Shown here one piece after another: positions 13,928 through 23,900 of a stretch of DNA of 64,000 nucleotides. The DNA is from a virus (lineage: Duplodnaviria > Caudoviricetes): IMG/VR virus record IMGVR_UViG_3300005841_000939. The stretch is one strand, 5' to 3'. How positions within the stretch are numbered: the stretch's first letter is position 1; each line of letters opens with the position of its first letter. The translations under genes and the position numbers were made by a program. The notes below the pieces were generated by a model. That model did not search any database, was not told where the DNA came from, and worked only from the letters and a program-made list of their open reading frames with translations.

Positions 13928-14234
13928 ATTTTTCCTTTAGTTTCTCAAGTCGTCGCAATGAATATATTACATTTGGTGTTTTTGTACGATAAAGCTCAAC
14001 CCATTCATTTATCTTATATGAGTTTAATATCTTTTCTAATGTATTAAATCTTTCTCGTAATTGCTGATTTGTAAAACACTTGTGAATAATTACATGACAT
14101 GTTTGACAAATATAAATTGTCGGTTCACTCTTTTCTTCACCCTTATAAGATGGTAAAAGATGATGCCATGTCATATATTGTTTGCTATGGTTTCTGCCGC
14201 ATATTGGACAGACATACATATCATCCAGGCTCAT
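13842..14234 (-). CDS. HNH-family endonuclease
   Basis: CPICGR...TWHHLLP...ICQTCHVIIH; 3' end overlaps the next gene. Confidence 0.75.
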   Translation of the reverse strand: MSLDDMYVCPICGRNHSKQYMTWHHLLPSYKGEEKSEPTIYICQTCHVIIHKCFTNQQLRERFNTLEKILNSYKINEWVELYRTKTPNVIYSLRRLEKLKEKYGKQTNIQGSHSRVTNQSSRKSYRAKAS

Positions 14235-14272
14235 TCAGTCATATTTTAGTTATCCACCCTTCATACTCTTAT

Positions 14273-14788
14273 TTATTCGTTTTCTCTTTTTGGAATAAGT
14301 GTATATGAAATGAATTCAGTCCATGGACCATCGTTTTGTTGTGAAATCCAATCCTTACTATCAAAGAATGGAAAAACAGTATCACCTACTACATTCATAT
14401 TCATAACATTTAGATACATGCGATCAACCAATCCACGACGTAATGCCTCTTCATAGATTTGAGTTCCACCAATAATAAATGCTTCAAGTACTTGAGTGTC
14501 ATCAATTGCATCAATGGCTTGTTCTAAAGATGAAACGAAAATTGGACCATCTTTATTATCTGATCCCAAACCATGCAATTGAGGATCTCTTGTAACAACT
14601 ATATTAAATCTATCCTTTAATGGGCGATTACGTAATGATTCCCAAGTTTTTCGGCCCATGATAACAGGATGCCCGATTGTCTTTTGTTTAAAATAGTCCA
14701 TATCTTGCTTGCTTTTCCAAGGTATTACTCCTTGGTTGCCAATAACACGATTTTGTGACATTGCTGCGATAAGTGAAATAGTTAACAT
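14273..14788 (-). CDS. frd: Dihydrofolate reductase
   Basis: ISLIAAMSQNRVIG...IPW...D..YFK..T.GHPVIMGRKTWES...RFNIVVTR...FIIGGTQIYE...GDTVFP. Confidence 0.97.
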   Translation of the reverse strand: MLTISLIAAMSQNRVIGNQGVIPWKSKQDMDYFKQKTIGHPVIMGRKTWESLRNRPLKDRFNIVVTRDPQLHGLGSDNKDGPIFVSSLEQAIDAIDDTQVLEAFIIGGTQIYEEALRRGLVDRMYLNVMNMNVVGDTVFPFFDSKDWISQQNDGPWTEFISYTLIPKRENE

Positions 14789-14795
14789 AATTTTC

Positions 14796-15506
14796 CTATG
14801 GTAATGGTAATCCTAAAAATTTATATGCTTCGTCTCTTGCAACCATCAATTCATTTGTCTTTTCAATAGACCCACCTCTATCAGGGTGACGAATCATGAT
14901 TTGCTTTCTAAAGTTTCTTTTGATCAATTCTTCATTAATTGGTTCATATAATCCAAAGCCAAGAATTTCGCGCCATTTAATTTCAGTAGATGGTGCTGGT
15001 GGAGGTGGTGGCCGTTGTTGATATTGTTTGGCGCGCTCTTTAGCTTCTTCTTGATTAAGCTTTTCGTTTTCTTTACGAACTTTTTCATGCCATTCATTCC
15101 ATTTACGGCGATCTTCATCTTCTTGCTTCTTTTTACGTTCCTCACGTTTATTTTTATGTTCTTCTTCTAAATCATTTACAGCTTTTTTGAAGATGTCATC
15201 AATTGATCCCCAATCAACATGATTTGAAATAGATACCTGACGTTGATTTGCAAACGGATCAGCAACTTGCTCAACATTTTTTGTATCGGACACAACTGAA
15301 AATGTAAAATCATTTCCCAATTTCTTTTGAATATCACCAACAATCAAATTGGCAATGAAGATGCAAGTAGTTTTATCAAAATATGGATCACCTAAACGGC
15401 GAAACAATTGTGGATTCCTTATTCTTGTATCTTGCCAATATTGATAAACATCGTGCCAAGAAACAGAAAATCCTTTAACAAAAAATACTTGAGATTGATC
15501 AATCAC
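14796..15506 (-). CDS. Protein with C-terminal J-domain (DnaJ-like)
   Basis: WREILG...IKRNFRK...RHPDRGG...ELMVARDEA; preceded by a charged coiled coil and poly-Pro linker. Confidence 0.88.
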   Translation of the reverse strand: MIDQSQVFFVKGFSVSWHDVYQYWQDTRIRNPQLFRRLGDPYFDKTTCIFIANLIVGDIQKKLGNDFTFSVVSDTKNVEQVADPFANQRQVSISNHVDWGSIDDIFKKAVNDLEEEHKNKREERKKKQEDEDRRKWNEWHEKVRKENEKLNQEEAKERAKQYQQRPPPPPAPSTEIKWREILGFGLYEPINEELIKRNFRKQIMIRHPDRGGSIEKTNELMVARDEAYKFLGLPLP

Positions 15507-15757
15507 TTTATCTTAACTGTATATTGAAATTCATTTTGACTTACTGTTGACTCTGCAATTATTTTATTTGCAAAATCATCAACATCCAATGGTGAAAATT
15601 TATAGACTTTCATTGCTGAAGCCAATTCTTGAATACGTGCTAATTTGGTTGTGTAATCTCTTGTAGCTTTTGTTTGAAACAAAATCAAATCATACGCCAC
15701 AAGAGACAACCCAATACATATTAAAGCTGTAAATATCCATTGAAAAACATTCTTCAT
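15503..15757 (-). CDS. Small membrane-anchored hypothetical protein
   Basis: N-terminal hydrophobic segment. Confidence 0.7.
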   Translation of the reverse strand: MKNVFQWIFTALICIGLSLVAYDLILFQTKATRDYTTKLARIQELASAMKVYKFSPLDVDDFANKIIAESTVSQNEFQYTVKIK

Positions 15758-15996
15758 TTTACTTCCTTAAAACGAGGTACTTTATTTCCCTCAAATTCAA
15801 CTAATTCCGTCCATGTGCTGATAAGCCGCAAATTCCATTTGTCGCTTATTTCTTCATCTTTACCTGGTTTACTAATTCTTTTGTAAACAACATATTTGTC
15901 CATAGTTTCAACATCTTCTGCAAAATTAATAATCTCTACCCAATGCCCATTTCTAAAATTTTCCCATTTTGTACCAATCTTTAGAGGTTTGTACAA
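15754..15996 (-). CDS. DUF1653-like protein
   Basis: W.NFRNG.W.EII..AEDVET....VVY...W..R....W.E.V...G..VPRF. Confidence 0.8.
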   Translation of the reverse strand: MYKPLKIGTKWENFRNGHWVEIINFAEDVETMDKYVVYKRISKPGKDEEISDKWNLRLISTWTELVEFEGNKVPRFKEVK

Positions 15997-15998
15997 GA

Positions 15999-16247
15999 TT
16001 AATTAACCTCCCTAATGAAGTTATTTGAAATTGAAATATGGTCGTATGGATATACATCAAAATCTGATGACAACGGTGCTGTCTTATCAATGCGAACAAT
16101 GTAATAGGTAAAAATATGTTCCATTGCAATACCTTCAATACTACCAGGATACCATTTACCTTCGTATTGAAATTCTATTTTCAAACCAGGTTTAAATTTG
16201 GTTGCATAGTAATCTGTTAAGTCTTGTTTTGTTTGTGTCATAGCCAA
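15999..16247 (-). CDS. Hypothetical protein (SH3-like)
   Basis: 82-aa ORF. Confidence 0.7.
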   Translation of the reverse strand: MAMTQTKQDLTDYYATKFKPGLKIEFQYEGKWYPGSIEGIAMEHIFTYYIVRIDKTAPLSSDFDVYPYDHISISNNFIREVN

Positions 16248-16267
16248 TTTATTCTAATTGATAAAAC

Positions 16268-16306
16268 AAAAAAATAAAGAGTGTGGAATGAACCACACTC
16301 TTTATT
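16268..16306 (-). terminator. Intrinsic terminator after the SPFH gene
   Basis: 14-bp inverted repeat AATAAAGAGTGTGG/CCACACTCTTTATT followed by a T run. Confidence 0.85.
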
Positions 16307-16326
16307 CAGACTGACTTTAAAGAATA

Positions 16327-17640
16327 TTACTTCTTTTCAGGAGTCGTAATCGTCATGTCAAGAGACAAGTCCTTTGCAGTCTTGACCATCAACATTTGCA
16401 TCAGAGCTTGAGCCTCCGAATCAGCAGTCCCACCAGTGCCTGATCCACCACCAGCCATCCAAATATTCGGGACCCTCTTTTGTGCGATAGCATCGGCATA
16501 TACCTTTTGCACAGCAACATATGCTTCAAGCTTTTGAGTCAAAGCACCGTCAGCACCTAACACCAATCGCTTTCTTTCAGCTTCACCAGTACCAATTTCA
16601 ATTTCTCTCTGCTTTTGGAGCTTCGCAGCATCCAATTCAAGTGCTGCAACTTCTTTTACCTGTTCAGCAAGAACAAGTGCTTGCTCCTTGGTTTTTGTGG
16701 CGACAGTTACCAACTTTTCAGCATTGATGGTTGCAACCGAAGCTTCTTGTTGAGCACGCACTTCCGCTTGAATTTTTTCTTGTTCTTTTTCGTACTTGGC
16801 CTTCATCACGTTGGCTTTACCAGTTTCTTCAGCAGTGATTGAGTCCTGTTGAGCACGCAAAGCATTTGCCTTTGCAGTTTGAACTGACATAATGGCTTCT
16901 TGCTGAGTTTTGATCTGCGCTTGAACGCGATCCTCATACTCAAAAGCCTTGACTTCAAAGTTTGAAAGATGGATACCCAATCCTTCAATTGGATTCTTTT
17001 CACGCTTTGCAACGCCACGCTCATCAACCATGATTTCTTTGACAACACGATTCACCATTTGACCAGTGATCGGATCAGCATCTTTGACTTGTACGTCCTT
17101 GGTGACATACAAACCATTTTCAATTTGATCCCAAGCGAGACGGAAGAAGTCTGAACGCTTATCCGAATATGATTCCTTGGCAGTCATAAAGTTAGCTGAC
17201 ATGATCAGCGCCTTACGAACAATCGGAAGAATCAGTTTATATTCAAGATCATCGTAAGTCTTGAAACCATGTACCGTGATCAGTTCAATTGCTTCTTTTT
17301 CAGATTTTGGCAAGTCAACACGACAGGTACCAGAAATGTGACAGACGGAACCGTCATTGAAACGAACTTCTACACTTGCATCAATCTTCTTGTCCTTTTC
17401 ATTTATTCCACCTTCTGAATCCTTGGTGAAATAGAATGTTTCTGAAACAGGAAATACGCTTACAGCGCCAAATCCTTGAAAATACATACCTGGACGCATG
17501 TATGCGGTCATTTCACCTGATCCAAGAGCCTGTTTGACGTGATAAGAACCACGATCAACTGTCTCAAATAATGATGGGAATGATACTGCAACTGCCAACA
17601 AGACAATTGCGATGAGGATATAACTGAATCTGATTTCCAT
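16327..17640 (-). CDS. SPFH/band-7 (prohibitin/flotillin-like) membrane protein
   Basis: Start set to MEIRFSY (17640); N-terminal TM helix, PG.YFQ.FG, VRF.DG, AE/EA-rich coiled coil. Confidence 0.9.
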   Translation of the reverse strand: MEIRFSYILIAIVLLAVAVSFPSLFETVDRGSYHVKQALGSGEMTAYMRPGMYFQGFGAVSVFPVSETFYFTKDSEGGINEKDKKIDASVEVRFNDGSVCHISGTCRVDLPKSEKEAIELITVHGFKTYDDLEYKLILPIVRKALIMSANFMTAKESYSDKRSDFFRLAWDQIENGLYVTKDVQVKDADPITGQMVNRVVKEIMVDERGVAKREKNPIEGLGIHLSNFEVKAFEYEDRVQAQIKTQQEAIMSVQTAKANALRAQQDSITAEETGKANVMKAKYEKEQEKIQAEVRAQQEASVATINAEKLVTVATKTKEQALVLAEQVKEVAALELDAAKLQKQREIEIGTGEAERKRLVLGADGALTQKLEAYVAVQKVYADAIAQKRVPNIWMAGGGSGTGGTADSEAQALMQMLMVKTAKDLSLDMTITTPEKK

Positions 17641-17641
17641 G

Positions 17642-17875
17642 TTACTTTTGTTCTTTCTGTTTTTGAAGGGCTTCATCAGCCTGTTTGATTTCTTCGTTGA
17701 GTTGTTTCTTTTTAGTGAGAATTTCAAGTTCTTTACGCTTGGATTCTGCTTCTTGTTCTAGCACACCGATTTCTTTTTCAACTGCTTTAATTTGAGGTTT
17801 ATGAGAAATCTTGAGTGCCAAAGCAATCACAGCGATTGCTAAAAACACGATAATAACGAATAGGAATGCTACCAT
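17642..17875 (-). CDS. Small TM plus coiled-coil protein coupled to the SPFH gene
   Basis: 77 aa; stop abuts the SPFH start. Confidence 0.8.
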   Translation of the reverse strand: MVAFLFVIIVFLAIAVIALALKISHKPQIKAVEKEIGVLEQEAESKRKELEILTKKKQLNEEIKQADEALQKQKEQK

Positions 17876-17938
17876 GTTGGATCCTTACTTATGAGGAATC
17901 CAATAATAGCGTCTGAAAATCAATGTTCAATAATAACT

Positions 17939-19069
17939 TTATTGAAAATGTAGGTACTTATTGACCGCTGATATAACATCAGAGGTTTTTATCATATCCA
18001 TACATTTAGGAATAATTGCATTACCTTCTGTTTGAATAGGGAAGGAACACAATGACTTATCCTTGTGATCATTATCACCTCTAGCAACAATTCGGCTCTT
18101 CCAACATCCACCGGTTTCACAGCATTTTAATGACCCAATAGTGTGAAGAAATTGATGACCAGGATATTCTTCCCATTGTACAGGTTCTCTGCCACCAGCA
18201 ATAACTACACAAGGACGTAATTTAGGTCTTCCTGGTTTGGTTTCTACAGCAGCAGCCAAGTGCATTAAAAATGTTACACCACAAATTACACCGTCAGCAT
18301 GATACATTAATCGTACCATTTGACGAAGATCAGTTTTACCAACCAAGTTGATTACACCTTTTAATGGTGGATGATTATGATTACCCTCACCAACTTGCAC
18401 AAACTGAATTACACCTTTGAAATGATCAACAACTTCTTGGAATCTACCTGGATGCCACCATTTTGTTGTGAAATCATATTTCCCACCCGAAACAATTAAC
18501 CAATATCTTGTATCAGTTTTTGTTACTTCTTGAACTTGAGAAATCCATGATTTTTCAGCAGCAGACAAATGAATATCACCTTTAAATGCAGATGGCGGTA
18601 TTTTTGTATCTAAATGATTTTCTAGGTCCATCCGATAACCATGAATAAAATGGTATGGAAGTTGATTTGATTGATTAATCAATGGATAATTCATATTTAA
18701 AATACGAACTTCAGGATCTTTTTCATCAAGCTTTGTGATGTATGGATTATTATCCCACAGCGATCCGCAACTTGTTCTTACATCAGTTAAAAATGCTTTT
18801 GGATATGCTTTATGCAAATCTCTAACAGCAGCAGTCAATGTAACAATATCACCAGGTGACAATGAAGATTTTAAAATTAATTTTTGTGGTTTAGGGGAAA
18901 AGACTGTTTCAATTGGTGATGCCGATATATCTACAGTATTTGATTGAAAAATGTTAAAAACAGGTTTACCATTTAAAGTCAATTCATTCCATTTTGGTTT
19001 ATCACCTGATAATGAAACTACCTCAATATTATTAGGTTGATCTGTAGGTTCTATTTCCATTTCATCCAT
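17939..19069 (-). CDS. Glycosyltransferase family 9 (heptosyltransferase-like)
   Basis: SPGDIVTLTAAVRDL...KWWHPGRFQEVV...FVQVG...NLVGKTDLRQMVRLMYHADGVICGVTFLMHLAAA...C...KCMDMI. Confidence 0.9.
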   Translation of the reverse strand: MDEMEIEPTDQPNNIEVVSLSGDKPKWNELTLNGKPVFNIFQSNTVDISASPIETVFSPKPQKLILKSSLSPGDIVTLTAAVRDLHKAYPKAFLTDVRTSCGSLWDNNPYITKLDEKDPEVRILNMNYPLINQSNQLPYHFIHGYRMDLENHLDTKIPPSAFKGDIHLSAAEKSWISQVQEVTKTDTRYWLIVSGGKYDFTTKWWHPGRFQEVVDHFKGVIQFVQVGEGNHNHPPLKGVINLVGKTDLRQMVRLMYHADGVICGVTFLMHLAAAVETKPGRPKLRPCVVIAGGREPVQWEEYPGHQFLHTIGSLKCCETGGCWKSRIVARGDNDHKDKSLCSFPIQTEGNAIIPKCMDMIKTSDVISAVNKYLHFQ

Positions 19070-19070
19070 T

Positions 19071-20288
19071 TTATATCAATTTCTTTATATTATCAATCAC
19101 AAATTCACCTAAAATAGGGCGTGTTGGACTCAAAACGTGTTTATATTCTAATGATTCTTTTTTAAAGAAAGAGCCAGGTCGTTTATCTAATCCCCTATCA
19201 TAAATATTTTTACTAATGATATGAATACTTTCATCTTTAGGTTCATCATACCAAGAAGGTAAATGTTCAATCCAAATACCAATAGTTGGATGTGTATTGC
19301 AAGCCATACTTAAATGATAAGGTCCAGTTGGAACACCTATTGTTAAATTTGCTCTACGTATTAATGTTTGAATGATCATCCCAAAAGGTAAAAAAGATAA
19401 ATCAGGAGTACCAAAAACATCAGCATATGAATAACAATGATGTTCTAAATTCTTTACTGTATTTTTTTCAGTAAAATGTCTATCTTCCATAACTAAGAAA
19501 ATCCATTTATCATCATGTTCTTTTAGAAGCTTGATAAAATCACGAACTTCTTCACCTTCATGACGTTTTTCTTCAACTAAATCTTCTCTAAATTCATGCC
19601 CCCAATTTTTACCAATAGCAGTGTAACCTACACGACTAATGATGCATAATTTCTTTTTTGCATCTAAACCTATTTTATTTTGCAAACGTGATTCTATCAT
19701 CGCATCAAGTGGAGTTGGTGCTAAAGAAATATATGTTTGTAAACTAGAAAAAATAGTCTTATCTTCTTTTTTATAATCTGTCAAAAACTTTAAAAGATTT
19801 CTACCTTTTGTATGAAATGGAAATTCTGAATTTCCATGGGTTTCTGGAAACCATGACCACAACATATGTCTAATATTATTTTTCTTACAAACTTCATATA
19901 GAGATATTGGCAATTTTAAGGGCTTCAATGTTCCATCAACAGTATGATATTCCAAACTGAAATGTTTGCAGCCATATTTTCCACCATCTGAACAATGTGT
20001 GCTGTTATAACCTGTTTTTATTGTTTTAACTTTGTCAGTTCCATCATGAATATACACATTATCATCACCAAAACGTGTTATCCAATATGTATTTGATTTT
20101 TCTAAAAGAGGTAAAATATAACTAACAAAGATTTGATCACCAAATCCATGCGGCCAATAAATCAAAATGTTTTGATTTTTTAAATTCTTAAAATCGCCAC
20201 GATCATGTGAATGGACATACATTTCCCATTCCTCAGTAGCGAAATTAAAAGATTTTGAAAAATATTCAATCTCTTCGCGTGTACTCAC
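19071..20288 (-). CDS. Second GT9/GT-B-like glycosyltransferase
   Basis: IYWPHGFGD...ANLTIGVPTGPYHLSMA...IGIW. Confidence 0.8.
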   Translation of the reverse strand: MSTREEIEYFSKSFNFATEEWEMYVHSHDRGDFKNLKNQNILIYWPHGFGDQIFVSYILPLLEKSNTYWITRFGDDNVYIHDGTDKVKTIKTGYNSTHCSDGGKYGCKHFSLEYHTVDGTLKPLKLPISLYEVCKKNNIRHMLWSWFPETHGNSEFPFHTKGRNLLKFLTDYKKEDKTIFSSLQTYISLAPTPLDAMIESRLQNKIGLDAKKKLCIISRVGYTAIGKNWGHEFREDLVEEKRHEGEEVRDFIKLLKEHDDKWIFLVMEDRHFTEKNTVKNLEHHCYSYADVFGTPDLSFLPFGMIIQTLIRRANLTIGVPTGPYHLSMACNTHPTIGIWIEHLPSWYDEPKDESIHIISKNIYDRGLDKRPGSFFKKESLEYKHVLSPTRPILGEFVIDNIKKLI

Positions 20289-20297
20289 TCATAGATT

Positions 20298-20984
20298 TTA
20301 CGAATCTTCTGGTGGATTTATTATAGGAGCAGCATCCAAATCACAAACTAAACCATATGTGCCAACATTAACTGTTCTTGTAGCACTTGATCCTGTAATT
20401 AACCAATCCGTTGTTGGACTATCAACTGTTTGAGCAATTGAAACGATTCTCCATGATGGAGATGGGACATAATTTCCATACCAATCAAATCCACCATCGT
20501 TTTGTGCAGTATAAAAGTATGCACATCCCGTTTGCACACAGCAACTAGTAATGTCTGGACGATAAATCATTCCATATTCTGTTCTATATCCTACTAATGT
20601 TGGATATGTTGGTTTTACTAATTGAACATATCCAGGTACAGTTTCACTCAACCACAATTTAACACCCATTTGTCCTGGAAGAGTTGAATTATTTTCTTGA
20701 ACAACTCCACCAATTTGATTGAAATATGATTTAGCAAATGGAAAACGATATGACATCGGGCATGGTTCACATTTTAACCAAAAATGTCTATCATCTACAA
20801 TGGACCACACAACACCAATAACTTGTGATGGTTTAAAATCACTAGCATAAGCTAATTTGTATTGACCAGATTCGTGCATATACAAAATTTGACCAGGAAC
20901 AAAATTTACAGGATAATCATGTTCAATCAACTTAGGATCATGATGAATATGAGAAATAGTTTTATCGCGTTGATGAATTGTCAT
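20298..20984 (-). CDS. Short paralog of the N-terminal domain of the Ser-rich fibre protein
   Basis: RDKTISHIH.DPKLI...GQ..Y...W..SET.PG.VQ..KP...VG..TE.G..YRPD..CC shared with 20986..24771. Confidence 0.8.
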   Translation of the reverse strand: MTIHQRDKTISHIHHDPKLIEHDYPVNFVPGQILYMHESGQYKLAYASDFKPSQVIGVVWSIVDDRHFWLKCEPCPMSYRFPFAKSYFNQIGGVVQENNSTLPGQMGVKLWLSETVPGYVQLVKPTYPTLVGYRTEYGMIYRPDITSCCVQTGCAYFYTAQNDGGFDWYGNYVPSPSWRIVSIAQTVDSPTTDWLITGSSATRTVNVGTYGLVCDLDAAPIINPPEDS

Positions 20985-20985
20985 A

Positions 20986-23900
20986 TTAACTTACCGTGGT
21001 TGTTAATGTAGATGCGAATGGGTATCCACATTGATCTTGTACGAGGGTATATCCACCAGTAAATTGATTTGGAATGCAATTACATGAATTATCAACTGCA
21101 CACCAACCGCCAGTTGTCCATTGTCCAAGGGTGCAATCCCATACCCAATCAGGAGAAGTATTTGTTGGATCATCAGTATAAACTCCAGTTGGAGCACAAA
21201 ACTGACATGTTAATCCATCCGGTGGAAAAGGATCATTTTGTGATTCAGCATAAATTAATGAATATGTTACAGTTGTAGCTGTTGATGCTGTCTTTTTATA
21301 AATTTGAGTTGTAGTACAATTACAATCGCTTGAACCTGTGTCACCACCTGATGATTGAAAATTATATGTCAATGTATCTGGTCCATCTGTACATGGATCA
21401 ATTGAGCCGCCACTTGATGTTTCCGAAGAGTCTGCTGATGAATCACTTGATCCTGGAGGAGTACCAGAAGAATCATTTGTAGAAGAAATACTTGAATTTG
21501 CTGAAGAATCGTTTGATGCACTACTTGTGGATGAATTAACTGATGAATTTGATGATGAATTATTTGATGCACTACTTGTTGATGATTGTTCAGATGATCC
21601 TACTGATGAACAGCATGTCGGACCTGGACCAAATCCTGGTAAACCAGCACTTGGCTTACCTGATCCGGTTGGAACATATATTCCATTAAATGCAGTGCAA
21701 TCATCGGATAATTGCCATCCATCATTTGAATCGCACGGAACATCAGTTGACAAAGGAGCAACTGGATCTGAATCCAATTCCCAAGCTGAAGTTTCACAGT
21801 TATAAACAGCGTGGAAATACCAGAAATCACAATTTGTTGTTGATGAGTTACTACTTACAGTTTCAGAAGAATTTTGTGATGAATTACTAGATGTTTGTGA
21901 ATTAACTGAGGACGCACTTGAAACTTCTGATGATGTCATTGATGATGGGCAACATGTTGGCCCTGGACCAATATCAGGATAATAATCAATACATGGTTGA
22001 TTTGTAAAAGGGGTTCCTGCTGGAACATAAACAGTTTTTGTTGCATTACAATCGTCAGATAATTGCCATGGTGTATCAGTTCCACATTCTTGATCAGTTG
22101 AAGATGATACAACACTTACAAACCAAGAGAATGAACCATTACATCCACCAGGTTCATCGCACCAGTAAAATGCAGCTAAGGAATAAATGTCACATAATCC
22201 CGAAGCAGATGATGTTGTTTCAGATGAGTTGTTTGAAGATTCACTTGAAATAGTTGATGATGTGGCAGATGATGCCGAAGAAACAATGGATGATACACCA
22301 CTTGAAACAGATGAAGATATTTCTGATGAATTATTTGATGATTCTTCAGATGATTGTGTTGAAGAAGTTGATGAACTACTTACACATTCACAACCAACAG
22401 GTTGAAATGTTGGTGCATCTGGTGCCGCTGGATATGGGGGAATATCACCTGGATTTTGTGGATCACAGCATCCTGACAATCTTGTGTAATAACGATATGT
22501 GCAAGCATCACCAAACGCAAGCCATTGATCAAAAGTAAAAGTATTTTCTGTACAATCAGCATAAACGCCAGTTACCGAACCCCATGTACATGTGGTTTGA
22601 TTATAAACCGTTTCCCATCCATAAATAATGCGTCCAGGAGTATCACCGCCACAAGAATTATCACTTGAAATTGTTGATGATTGGTCACTACTACCTTGTT
22701 GAGAAGATTGTGTTGATTGTTGACTTGAAGTTGTTCCAGATGATTGTGTATTACTACTTCCTTGTTTAGAAGATTGTGCGGATGATTCTTGACTTGATTC
22801 TGCTGATGATTCCTCAGATGATTCAACTGACGATTCTTGACTTGATTCGGCTGATGATTCTTCGGAAGATTCACTTGATGATGAACAAACACACAAATCT
22901 GGTTTAGGTGCAGTTGGTGCAGTTGGTGTTGGGGGTGGTGGTGAACCAGCAGAAACATAAATTTGTGTATCAAGACTGCAATCGCCACTAACAATTCCCT
23001 GATGCCAATCAACATTAGATGAACATAATGTATTGTGTATGACAACAGGTACAGAATCAACATTCCAAGTATTTGTAGAACAATCATATTCTGCAAAGAA
23101 TGTATATTGATCACACAATTGTTCAGAAGATGAAGAATGAGAACCTTGTGATGATGAAGATGATGGGCAACAATCATCCAATGGTTCTAATCCTTGATCA
23201 GTAGGATTTACTGGTACAACATAATCTTGTGTTTCACAATCAACAGAAGAATTACATGTTACTGGTGCAGTTGTTGTTGTGTAAATGTGGGCAACGCATG
23301 AAGATGTTGGAACAAGTTCCCAAACATTCAATACCTGACCAATACTGCAATCATAAGGATTTATTATAGAAATTGCTGGGTCTGACCAGGCTTGTGTTGA
23401 ACAATTAAATACTGATCGCCATTGTGCAACACAAATTGGAATTCCAGGACCAGATGATGAATTTCCAGAATTATTTGAACTACCTTGACTTGAATTATTT
23501 GAATTACTTGTAGATGATTGGCTAATTGATGATTGGCTAATTGATGATTGGCTTATTGAAGATTGACTAATTGATGAATGACTAATTGAAGAATTTGATT
23601 GTGATGAGACAACCGACGAAACGCTTGAATTATTTGAAGATATGTTTGAAGATATGTTTGATGATTCTTCGGATGATATACTTGATTCTTCGGATGATTC
23701 GCTTGATGATAATTCGGAAGATGAAGATTCAAAAACTTCTGATGATGCATTGCTTGATGACGAATGATTTATACTATTTGATTCGGATGAACTTCCACAG
23801 CAAGCATCATGATCACCTTGAACAGCGACTGGTTTATTAGTTGGTGGTAAAAGGACAACAGGGCATCCACCTTCCGATCCAGTGATACTTGAGCCACTTG

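Noticed and set aside
16327-17727. Track start 17727 for the SPFH gene
   Set aside because: The extra 29 codons overlap the upstream gene; ATG 17640 abuts its stop and precedes the TM helix
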